Shown in pieces: positions 36,053 through 43,679 of a stretch of DNA of 64,000 nt. The stretch is from contig JBAZTY010000001.1 in NCBI GenBank assembly GCA_041661685.1, forward strand, positions 256,691-320,690. Direction: 5' to 3'. A program made the translations under genes and the position numbers. The stretch's first letter is position 1; each line of letters starts with the position of its first letter. This DNA comes from Patescibacteria group bacterium (GTDB lineage Bacteria; Patescibacteriota; Patescibacteriia; Patescibacteriales; UBA12465). Below the pieces are notes generated by a model, which saw nothing but the letters and a program-made list of their open reading frames with translations, was not told where the DNA came from and did no database searches.

Positions 36053-36097
36053 ATATTGTTTTTTTTGAATCGTCAATGGCGATCCTTAGCTTGGCGA

Positions 36098-36271
36098 TTA
36101 TTTAACGCTGATAACTTCTACCGGGCAATTCTCAGCCGCGTTCTTAGCACAGTCCGTCGCCACATCGCTCACGACTTCAGACTTTCCGTCCAAATCCATC
36201 TGAAAAGTTTCCGGGCACATGCCGGCGCATAAGCCACAGCCGATACACTTGTTCTTGTCTACTTTGACCAT
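36098..36271 (-). CDS. small single-cluster [4Fe-4S] ferredoxin (57 aa)
   Basis: Not in the ORF track (under 60 aa). Sequence: MVKVDKNKCIGCGLCAGMCPETFQMDLDGKSEVVSDVATDCAKNAAENCPVEVISVK. It has CxxCxxC...CP plus distal C...CP, like the Thermotoga/Pyrococcus-type ferredoxins. A TGgTATAAT promoter element lies at the complement of 36310-36318. Confidence 0.8.
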   Translation of the reverse strand: MVKVDKNKCIGCGLCAGMCPETFQMDLDGKSEVVSDVATDCAKNAAENCPVEVISVK

Positions 36272-36388
36272 ATGATTTTAATTAGTTTTTAGCTATTTTT
36301 GATGTTTTTATTATACCATATTTAAAAAAAATTGAAATGACATCCGGACGCCTAAAAATGGCCAAATAAAGCCTAAAAATAGCTAAAG

Positions 36389-36417
36389 TTGACAATTAAA
36401 CCGGCTTTTGTTATATT
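36389..36417 (+). promoter_or_regulatory. sigma70-type promoter for rpmA
   Basis: TTGACA (36389-36394), 17 nt, TATATT (36412-36417). The leader is about 65 nt. Confidence 0.65.
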
Positions 36418-36489
36418 GAGAGTATAAAATTTTAATAAGCACTCTGAAATACTGGTCTGATTGACTAGTATTTTAATGTCAGCACCAAT

Positions 36490-36882
36490 ATGGCACATAA
36501 GAAAGCCGCCGGATCAACCTCATTAGGCCGCGAATCAGAAAGTAAGCGCTTGGGCGTTAAGCTCTCTGACGGCGAATGGGCTAAAGTCGGCTCAATCATC
36601 ATCAGACAGCGCGGCACCAAATACCACCCTGGCCTGAACGTCAAAAAAGGCAAGGACGATACCTTATTCGCTCTTAAGCCTGGATTTGTTTATTTCTCTT
36701 CCAAGAAATTAAGAAAATTTGATAATTCTCTTAAAGATTGTAAGATTGTCAGCGTCTTGCCAACCGCCAAAGTTCCGGTTCCGGCTAAGAACCCGACTCC
36801 GAAAGGCACTAAGCCGCCGATCAAGAAAAAGAACGTGAAGCGCAAAGCTATCGTTGTTAAGCCGAAGAAGGCTAAGAAGTAA
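36490..36882 (+). CDS. rpmA: 50S ribosomal protein L27 with Lys/Pro-rich C-terminal extension
   Basis: [24 protein letters not shown]...[16 protein letters not shown] is canonical L27. About 45 extra C-terminal residues end in [27 protein letters not shown]. Confidence 0.95.
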   Translation: MAHKKAAGSTSLGRESESKRLGVKLSDGEWAKVGSIIIRQRGTKYHPGLNVKKGKDDTLFALKPGFVYFSSKKLRKFDNSLKDCKIVSVLPTAKVPVPAKNPTPKGTKPPIKKKNVKRKAIVVKPKKAKK

Positions 36883-36904
36883 TATCTTTAGGCAAGTTAC
36901 TCTG

Positions 36905-36933
36905 AAAACACCCGCCAAATTGGCGGGTGTTTT
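36905..36933. terminator. bidirectional rho-independent terminator
   Basis: Perfect 12-bp stem AAAACACCCGCC / GGCGGGTGTTTT. Confidence 0.9.
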
Positions 36934-36956
36934 GTATTTTTATAATATAAATCTAT

Positions 36957-37514
36957 TTATTTTTCTTTTTTTTCTTTTTTTCTTTTTTTATCTCCTTTTT
37001 TCTCTCTAAATTCACGGCCCTTTATCATTGCCAAAACTATTTTATCAGACTCTTTTTCAAAATCTTTATGGACGGCTCTCTTGATGCCTTCATAAGCCAA
37101 TGATATAACACCGCTTGCAGCCACGATTTTAAAGAGTGTGGTAGCTAAGTCTTTAAAATCTCCGCTTTGCATTTCTGCAAAATTTAAATGATGCGTCTCT
37201 TCAGCCAAAGAACCCACTAAGACGGCATTAAACATTACCAAGGCACCGGCGATTTTTGCCGCCCTGCCTAAAATTCTTCCGGCAATTCCAGGATTTTTTT
37301 CTAAAGCTTTCCCCAGTTCTTCTTCGTTGCCGAATTCTTTGACATCTTTTTGCAAGCCTTCAAGGTTAACACCAAGCTTTTCACTTTCTTTTAGAATCTC
37401 TCCATTGATCATCTCATCGGATTCTAAAGACTCAATGTCTCCACCTAGATTCTTTTCTTCTTTTATTAACCGATCTTTTGAAACTATTCTTTCATTAAAT
37501 TTATTTTCCTTCAT
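36957..37514 (-). CDS. hypothetical protein with central hydrophobic helix and Lys-rich tail
   Basis: The ORF-track start (37562) is a TTG that overlaps the upstream small ORF. The ATG at 37514 gives MKENKFNERIV. Hydrophobic stretch IAGRILGRAAKIAGALVMFNAVLVGSLA. Tail KKGDKKRKKEKKEK. Confidence 0.55.
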   Translation of the reverse strand: MKENKFNERIVSKDRLIKEEKNLGGDIESLESDEMINGEILKESEKLGVNLEGLQKDVKEFGNEEELGKALEKNPGIAGRILGRAAKIAGALVMFNAVLVGSLAEETHHLNFAEMQSGDFKDLATTLFKIVAASGVISLAYEGIKRAVHKDFEKESDKIVLAMIKGREFREKKGDKKRKKEKKEK

Positions 37515-37518
37515 ATGA

Positions 37519-37683
37519 TTAAAGGCTATCGCTAATTTTTTTACTAGCTTTAAGATCGGCAATATCGTCTCTCAGACCTTCAATGATCGCGTTTATTTCC
37601 CGTAATAGGTTCAATTTTTCTGTCGGAGAAGCCTTTTCTGCTGCCATCTTTTCTCCTATGATTTTAATTTCTTCCTGAGTCAT
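37519..37683 (-). CDS. small helical protein (54 aa), hypothetical
   Basis: Not in the ORF track. Sequence: MTQEEIKIIGEKMAAEKASPTEKLNLLREINAIIEGLRDDIADLKASKKISDSL. The stop is 4 nt before the next ATG. A consensus promoter lies directly upstream. Confidence 0.4.
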   Translation of the reverse strand: MTQEEIKIIGEKMAAEKASPTEKLNLLREINAIIEGLRDDIADLKASKKISDSL

Positions 37684-37716
37684 AGATTTTGAATATTAAT
37701 TAAATTCGATACTCAT

Positions 37717-37744
37717 ATTATAATATTTCTTCATATTTTGTCAA
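37717..37744 (-). promoter_or_regulatory. near-consensus sigma70 promoter
   Basis: On the minus strand: TTGACA (complement of 37739-37744), 16 nt, TATAAT (complement of 37717-37722). It lies about 30 nt upstream of the 54-aa ORF. Confidence 0.65.
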
Positions 37745-37906
37745 ATATCTTTAATAAATTAAATTTATAATTTATAATTTTTTAACTAAAATTAAACAAA
37801 AATATTATACTTCTTCTATAAATAAGCCCCATATTGACATATATTAATAAATATGATACACTTATATAAGTAAAAACAGTTCATTATCTAACCAAAATCT
37901 ATAGCA

Positions 37907-38083
37907 ATGAAAACGAAAAATCATAGGATGATAAGATTTATTACCAGGGCTTATTCGGCATTCGCAACTACTTTAGTGGCAATATTCTACCCCATAGCGC
38001 TAAACTTCTTAGAAGAAGGGGCCACGAATATCTGCAAAGGAACCTACAGGTTTCTTCTAAAAAAATGCGCCAGATTCGCATAA
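37907..38083 (+). CDS. small basic protein (58 aa), hypothetical
   Basis: Not in the ORF track. Sequence: MKTKNHRMIRFITRAYSAFATTLVAIFYPIALNFLEEGATNICKGTYRFLLKKCARFA. TTGACA at 37834-37839, then 17 nt, then TACACT preceded by TGa. A strong terminator lies 20 nt downstream. Confidence 0.35.
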   Translation: MKTKNHRMIRFITRAYSAFATTLVAIFYPIALNFLEEGATNICKGTYRFLLKKCARFA

Positions 38084-38102
38084 AAGAAAGATTTGTTAAA
38101 TC

Positions 38103-38134
38103 AAAAAGACTCTGTCAAAAACAGGGTCTTTTTT
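38103..38134. terminator. bidirectional rho-independent terminator
   Basis: AAAAGACTCTG, 7-nt loop, CAGGGTCTTTT (one G-U pair), flanked by A and T runs. Confidence 0.85.
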
Positions 38135-38171
38135 CTTCTTCTATATCTTCTTCATATTCAACTACTCCTCC

Positions 38172-39065
38172 TTATTTCTCTTCTTCTTTCTTTTCGCTGC
38201 GATAATAGCCCCTCTGCTCTTCCGGAAGCATAGTGGAAATAGTTCTGCCTAATTTCTCCGATTGCTCAGAAAGAAAATGATTCACTTTTTTAAAAGCTTC
38301 AAATTCTTCGTCGCTGACTTTTTCTCCGCTCTGCCTCTTACTAACGACTTGGCTGATTATCTTTATATCAAGACCTTCCGGCAAGGGCTCCGGTTTATAC
38401 GGCTGGCCGACATGATATTTTGCGCCAGAGTCTTCTTTTAAATTTTTAGCCAAATCTCCGACTCCCTGCAACCTATCGGATCCGCCTTTTATTTCCAAAG
38501 CGGTTGGAATTATCCAAGCATTCTGACGATAAGCTTCAATCAAGGCGCCATTATCGACTTTACGCATCTCGCCGTCGGCAGAAAAAGAATGGGCCGCCAT
38601 CCATGGCGTTCGGCCCTGATCCATTTTCTTATCAAGTTCCTCAAAATTTTCCGGTCGGAAAACCCCATATTCTTTTTTATCGCTGCTCTCTTTTTGTCCT
38701 AATCTAGTGAAATTATCTTGAAATAAAGTTCTGACGCCGATATTCTGCGCTAAATATTTAGCCTTTTCAAAAAATAATTCATTGCCGGTTACCTGAAGAT
38801 TAAAATCATTACCAAAAGTTTTTAATAAAGCGGTGACATCAAGATTATTGGTATGTGAAGCAGTAAAGATAAATTTATCTTCAGGATGCTCAGCTTTGAA
38901 TTTTCTCAAATCATCATCTCCTTCTGTTTCGTAATTCTTACAGAACATCTTAATAATCTTTTCGCCATAAGAAATAAGACGATCAGGAGTCTTGGATGGC
39001 TCTTGATTGATTGACTCATCCTCTTTTTTCTTAAAAACATTGTTAAAACTAAATTTTTCTAACAT
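38172..39065 (-). CDS. hypothetical protein, possibly a divergent HX4D acyltransferase-like protein
   Basis: 297 aa. FIFTASHTNNLDVTALL contains H-x4-D, as in the PlsC/LPLAT motif I. The other LPLAT motifs are not evident. Starts 26 nt downstream of pyrG. Confidence 0.35.
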   Translation of the reverse strand: MLEKFSFNNVFKKKEDESINQEPSKTPDRLISYGEKIIKMFCKNYETEGDDDLRKFKAEHPEDKFIFTASHTNNLDVTALLKTFGNDFNLQVTGNELFFEKAKYLAQNIGVRTLFQDNFTRLGQKESSDKKEYGVFRPENFEELDKKMDQGRTPWMAAHSFSADGEMRKVDNGALIEAYRQNAWIIPTALEIKGGSDRLQGVGDLAKNLKEDSGAKYHVGQPYKPEPLPEGLDIKIISQVVSKRQSGEKVSDEEFEAFKKVNHFLSEQSEKLGRTISTMLPEEQRGYYRSEKKEEEK

Positions 39066-39091
39066 ATTTTTGAATATTAATAATAATCAAA

Positions 39092-40729
39092 TTATTTCTT
39101 CCCCTTATTCTTGCAAACCTTAACAAACTCCACGAACAAAGGATGCGGCGCCAAGGGACGAGAGATATATTCCGGATGGAATTGCACGCCGATAAAGAAA
39201 GGATGATTAGCAATTTCGACCGCTTCCACAATTTCTCCATTCGGCGAAGTGCCGGCAATCTTCAAGCCGAGCTGCTCAAACATATCTCGATAATCATTAT
39301 TAAATTCATAGCGATGGCGATGGCGCTCGGAAACAGTTTTAGCTTTAGTATATTTGGCATAAGCCTTGGCTAGATGCGTGCCGGGCATAATCTTGCAAGG
39401 CCAGCCGCCGAGACGGATAGTTCCGCCGTAGCCCTTCTCTTTAATCAGCTTCTCCTGGCCCGGCATGATATGAATAACCGGATTCTTAGTCTTCGGATCG
39501 ACTTCAGAAGAATTAGCATCTTTTAATTTCGCCACATGACGAGCGAACTCAATCACTGCCATTTGCATGCCATAGCATAAGCCGAAATAAGGCACGCCTT
39601 TCTCGCGGCAATACTGGATAGTTCTGATCTTCCCTTCCGAGCCGCGTCCGCCCCAGCCTTGAGGCACGATGACACCATCAAGCCCGGCTAATATCTTCAC
39701 GCCTTTCTTTTCGATATCTTCAGCGCTCAGCCAGGTTATTTTCGCCTTACAATGATTCGCGATGCCCGCATGCTTGATCGCTTCGATGACGGAAATATAA
39801 GAATCGCCGAAAGAAAAATCACCGCTGGCGAAATATTTGCCGACGATGCCGATATTGACTATCGGGCTCTTGGCCTTAGAAGCGGCGACCATCTTTTTCC
39901 AAGCCGCGTTGTCATGCTTGCGAGAAGGCAAGCCGAATTTATCCAAGATATGCTGGCCTAAATCATCTTTTTCAAAATTAAGCGGAATATCATAGATAGA
40001 ATCAGCATCCGGCGCGGCAATAACCGCTTCAAGTGATACATTGCAATTGATAGACAGCTTTTCCCGGCGCACCATATCTATCGGCCGCTCACTGCGCGCT
40101 ACCAAGAAATCCGGTTGGATGCCAGCGCTCTGCAGATTACGGACGGCATGCTGCGTCGGCTTAGTCTTCATCTCTCCAATCATATGAGGAACAGGAAGAT
40201 AAGAGACAATGACGAATAAGACATCTTTCGGATGGAATAATTTCATGACTCTCGCCGCTTCCAAGAATAAGAGATTCTCATATTCTCCGACCGTGCCGCC
40301 GATTTCGATAATCATGATCTCAGCCTTAGTCTTCTCAACCGCCTTTTCGATGCGCTCGCGGATTTCCTGCGGGATATGAGGCACGACTTGGACGCACTTG
40401 CCTTTATATTCCAAATTGCGCTCCCGAGCGATGACGCTCTGATAAACGCGCCCGGTCGTCATATAATTCTCCCGGTAAATATTAGTGTTCAGGAATCTCT
40501 CGTAATTGCCGATATCCTGATCGGTCTCATCACCATCTTCAGTCACAAAGACCTCTCCGTGCTCAATCGGATTCATGGTTCCAGCATCGACATTGATATA
40601 AGGATCCATCTTAATAGCGCTGACCTTATAGCCACGCGCTTGCAGAATCTGGCCGATAGAGGCCGTAGTTATGCCCTTTCCGACTCCAGACATCACTCCG
40701 CCAACGACAAAAATGTATTTAGTAGCCAT
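39092..40729 (-). CDS. pyrG: CTP synthase
   Basis: The true start is the ATG at 40729 (MATKYIFVVGGVMSGVGKGI). The 64 aa further upstream in the ORF track look non-coding. The GATase domain carries GLCYGMQ and HRHRYEFN. Confidence 0.95.
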   Translation of the reverse strand: MATKYIFVVGGVMSGVGKGITTASIGQILQARGYKVSAIKMDPYINVDAGTMNPIEHGEVFVTEDGDETDQDIGNYERFLNTNIYRENYMTTGRVYQSVIARERNLEYKGKCVQVVPHIPQEIRERIEKAVEKTKAEIMIIEIGGTVGEYENLLFLEAARVMKLFHPKDVLFVIVSYLPVPHMIGEMKTKPTQHAVRNLQSAGIQPDFLVARSERPIDMVRREKLSINCNVSLEAVIAAPDADSIYDIPLNFEKDDLGQHILDKFGLPSRKHDNAAWKKMVAASKAKSPIVNIGIVGKYFASGDFSFGDSYISVIEAIKHAGIANHCKAKITWLSAEDIEKKGVKILAGLDGVIVPQGWGGRGSEGKIRTIQYCREKGVPYFGLCYGMQMAVIEFARHVAKLKDANSSEVDPKTKNPVIHIMPGQEKLIKEKGYGGTIRLGGWPCKIMPGTHLAKAYAKYTKAKTVSERHRHRYEFNNDYRDMFEQLGLKIAGTSPNGEIVEAVEIANHPFFIGVQFHPEYISRPLAPHPLFVEFVKVCKNKGKK

Positions 40730-40799
40730 AGTGCTTGGTCTCTCAAACTTGACGTTTGAACAATTTATTGATATAAAATAATTAACTAAAACAGCTGTT

Positions 40800-41099
40800 A
40801 TGGAAGTTCTCCGCATTGTTAAACACGGATACAATGGTAACGCTAGATTCTCTTTGTTCCTTGTAAAACCTCCAACCCCGCTTATCACTAACAAACTCCT
40901 AAACGAGATAGTTAGCGGCATTGTTAGAGGCTATCCAGAGATAGCCGAGAAAGTAACAGAAGCCAATCAGATAATGAAAGGCTCTGATACCGGGGATATC
41001 AATTTCTCTCTTGTGGACTGCGAAGACAGAGCAGAATTGGTAAAACAAATCTCAATTGAATTTAATGCTCAGCAAAAAAAGATGGCTGCCAGCAAATAA
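40800..41099 (+). CDS. hypothetical protein (99 aa)
   Basis: An ORF divergent from pyrG, followed by a strong terminator. No motif recognised. Confidence 0.45.
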   Translation: MEVLRIVKHGYNGNARFSLFLVKPPTPLITNKLLNEIVSGIVRGYPEIAEKVTEANQIMKGSDTGDINFSLVDCEDRAELVKQISIEFNAQQKKMAASK

Positions 41100-41126
41100 A
41101 TTTAATGATGAAAGGAACAATTCCTC

Positions 41127-41162
41127 AAAAAATCAGGGGCGACAAAAGTCGCCCCCTTTTTT
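41127..41162. terminator. bidirectional rho-independent terminator
   Basis: GGGGCGAC-AAAA-GTCGCCCC, flanked by A6 and T6. Confidence 0.85.
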
Positions 41163-42432
41163 ATTTCTTCACTGTTTTCAATAATTCAACCGCCTTATCA
41201 AATTGCGGATCCAAACCTTTGTCCGCGTCTGCCGGCGTCAGCTTAACTTCTATATTCGGGGTCAAACCTTTTTCATTGATGAAGTCGCCAGCCGGAGTCA
41301 ACCAATGGGCGATAGTTATCTTCAGGGAGGCGCCGCCGGATAAGTTGCTTAAGCTCTGGACAGAGCCCTTGCCATAAGTGGTTTCTCCGACGATAGTTGC
41401 TTTCTTATAGTCCCTTAAAGCGCCCGCCAATATTTCCGAAGCGGAGGCGCTACCCTCATTAACTAAGACGATAGTAGGGATATTTTTCAAGCGGCCGCTG
41501 CCGTTCGACGGATATTCATTACGACGATTGTCGTTGAATTGCTCCGCGACAATCGGTCCAGCTTCTACCCACTCGCTCGCCATATTGACGGCGGTTTCTA
41601 GATAACCGCCAGGGTTATTGCGAAGGTCGAGGATTATGCCCTTCGGATTCTTCACTAATATATTATTGACGGCCGTATTGAAGAGGTCTTGAGTATCGTC
41701 ATTAAAATTACTAACTCTGACTACATAAATACCATCGGCGCGCATCTCCGTCTTAACGCTCTTAACAATAATGACTGAGCGCGTCACCGTAATATCGCGA
41801 GGCTTTTCTTTTCCTCTGATAATGGTCAAAACGACTTTTGTATCTTTCGGGCCGCGGATTTTAGCGACCGCCTCGCTCACGGTCAAACCCACGGTCGAAA
41901 CGCCGTCGACAGCATAAATCTTATCGCCAGCGCGCACTCCGGCTTTCTGAGCCGGCATGCCGTCTAAAGGAGAAATAATAGTCGTAATATCGTTGCGCAT
42001 GCCGACTTCGGCGCCAATGCCTTCGAAAGTTCCGGCTAAATCATTAGAAAATTCTTTTGATTCTTTCGGATCCATAAAAACGGTATAAGGATCACCGGCC
42101 GCTGCGGCCAAGCCCTTTAATGAGCCATAGAACAGGTCGGCGTCATTAACTTTATTCTTATCGACATAGTCTGTCTTCAAGCTATCCCAAACCTGCCAAT
42201 AAAGATTAAAATCGATTGCCTGCCCGCTTTTATCATTGTCCGCATTAACGGCTTCAGGAGAATAGGCAATTAAGTGGCTAGCGGAAGAAAGATTGACGCT
42301 CTTCTTCTGGCCGGAATAAAAACCGGCGACAAATATGCTCGCCAGAACAACAAAAGCAATCAAGGTTAAGCTGAGCTTCTTGTATGATTCACGACTGATA
42401 TTATTGAACTTCCTCATGATCCGATGGAACAT
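41161..42432 (-). CDS. S41 family C-terminal processing peptidase with PDZ domain
   Basis: The ORF-track start (42558) is a TTG. The ATG at 42432 (or 42417) gives a basic N-terminus plus TM helix LTLIAFVVLASIFVAGF. PDZ segment GMPAQKAGVRAGDKIYAVDG. Catalytic region LVNEGSASASEILAGAL. Confidence 0.9.
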   Translation of the reverse strand: MFHRIMRKFNNISRESYKKLSLTLIAFVVLASIFVAGFYSGQKKSVNLSSASHLIAYSPEAVNADNDKSGQAIDFNLYWQVWDSLKTDYVDKNKVNDADLFYGSLKGLAAAAGDPYTVFMDPKESKEFSNDLAGTFEGIGAEVGMRNDITTIISPLDGMPAQKAGVRAGDKIYAVDGVSTVGLTVSEAVAKIRGPKDTKVVLTIIRGKEKPRDITVTRSVIIVKSVKTEMRADGIYVVRVSNFNDDTQDLFNTAVNNILVKNPKGIILDLRNNPGGYLETAVNMASEWVEAGPIVAEQFNDNRRNEYPSNGSGRLKNIPTIVLVNEGSASASEILAGALRDYKKATIVGETTYGKGSVQSLSNLSGGASLKITIAHWLTPAGDFINEKGLTPNIEVKLTPADADKGLDPQFDKAVELLKTVKK

Positions 42433-42543
42433 AATTTTTAATTTATTTTCTAGGACTAACAGGTTAAAAACCCAGCCACAATAGTATTTTAACCAATAAA
42501 TTATTTTTAAGCAAACTGGGCAGTAAATCGCCTCATTTAGAGC

Positions 42544-42572
42544 TTGAAATAATAGCAAAAATATGTTAAAGT
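42544..42572 (+). promoter_or_regulatory. promoter for the tsaC-tsaE fusion gene, apparently leaderless
   Basis: TTGAAA (42544-42549), 17 nt, TAAAGT (42567-42572), then 6 nt before the ATG at 42579. Confidence 0.45.
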
Positions 42573-42578
42573 CGCTCT

Positions 42579-43679
42579 ATGGAACGCATAAAATATACAA
42601 AAGATAACTCTGAAATAATTATCAAAAAAGCCTTAAATGTTCTAAAAAATGGCGGCATTTTTGTATTCCCGACCGAAACTTGCTACGGCCTCGGCGTCGA
42701 CGCCACTAACCAGATGGCCATCGATAAATTATATTCCTATAAGACGAGACGAGAGGGCAAGCCGCTTTCTATCGCCGTTTGCGATCTGGCCATGGCCTCT
42801 AAATATGTCGAAATCAACGAAACTGCAAAAAACCTCTACAAAAATTATCTGCCCGGTCCGATAACCGTCGTTTCTAAAGGTTTGGGGAAAGTCGCTAAAG
42901 GAGTCGAATCTGAATATGGCACATTAGGAGTCCGCATTCCGAACTATGGGCTAGTCCTAGATATCATCCGCGCTTTCGGAAAACCGTTTACAGCGACATC
43001 AGCGAATGTTTCCTATGTGCCGAAGCCGTACAGCGTCGAGGCCCTGCTTAAAGACACACCTAGGAAAAACCAAGAACTAATCGATCTAATAATCGATGCG
43101 GGCGAACTAGTGCATCACGAAACCTCGACCGTAGCCGATACGACGATGAATAATCTGAATATTATGCGACCCGGACAGATAGATCTTTCCGAGCGCTTGT
43201 CCGGCCAGAAATCAATCATGTCCGCACGAACTGACAGCGCGGAACAGACTGTAAACTTCGGGGGCATGAACATGCTGAAATATATCGATGAACCACTGGA
43301 TAAGCCGCTAGTCTTTTTCCTGAGCGGCGAACTCGGCACCGGCAAGACTCAATTCACGAAAGGGCTGGCAAAAAAACTGAATATCGAAGAAATCATCAAA
43401 TCGCCTACTTTTACGATCCTGAACGAATATAAATACCAGCTCGGCCGCAGGCAAGGCCAATTCATCCATATCGACACCTGGAGGCTCGACAGCCTGAAAG
43501 ATTTAGAAACCGTCGGATTTGATCGTTATCTGTCTGCTAACAATATCATCGCCATCGAATGGGCTGATAAATTCTTTAACGACTTAAAAGAAAAAATAGA
43601 AGCAGCAGGCGGAAAAATCATCAATGTCGTCTTTGAATATCTCGATGAAAATACCAGAAGCATCAAAACTTATGAATAA
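42579..43679 (+). CDS. fusion of TsaC/YrdC-like threonylcarbamoyl-AMP synthase with the TsaE P-loop ATPase
   Basis: N-terminus: FVFPTETCYGLGVDA, KTRREGKPLSIAV, LPGPITVV, FTATSANVS (YrdC fold). C-terminus: LSGELGTGKTQFTKGLAK, KSPTFTILNEY, HIDTWRL, IEWADK (TsaE/YjeE). Confidence 0.85.
   Translation: MERIKYTKDNSEIIIKKALNVLKNGGIFVFPTETCYGLGVDATNQMAIDKLYSYKTRREGKPLSIAVCDLAMASKYVEINETAKNLYKNYLPGPITVVSKGLGKVAKGVESEYGTLGVRIPNYGLVLDIIRAFGKPFTATSANVSYVPKPYSVEALLKDTPRKNQELIDLIIDAGELVHHETSTVADTTMNNLNIMRPGQIDLSERLSGQKSIMSARTDSAEQTVNFGGMNMLKYIDEPLDKPLVFFLSGELGTGKTQFTKGLAKKLNIEEIIKSPTFTILNEYKYQLGRRQGQFIHIDTWRLDSLKDLETVGFDRYLSANNIIAIEWADKFFNDLKEKIEAAGGKIINVVFEYLDENTRSIKTYE

Noticed and set aside
36447-36473. 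Hairpin AAATACT-N13-AGTATTT in the rpmA leader, considered as a ribosomal-protein leader or attenuator.
   Set aside because: The stem is 7 bp of nearly pure A-U with a large loop. There is no resemblance to known L21/L27 leaders that I can verify.
40730-40921. N-terminal extensions in the ORF track: pyrG at 40921, the S41 peptidase at 42558, the propeller at 9139, nifU at 53039, the 201-aa ORF at 37562 and the 167-aa ORF at 36076.
   Set aside because: The track starts are TTG codons. The extensions lack homology to the family N-termini, and internal ATGs give canonical N-termini or signal peptides.
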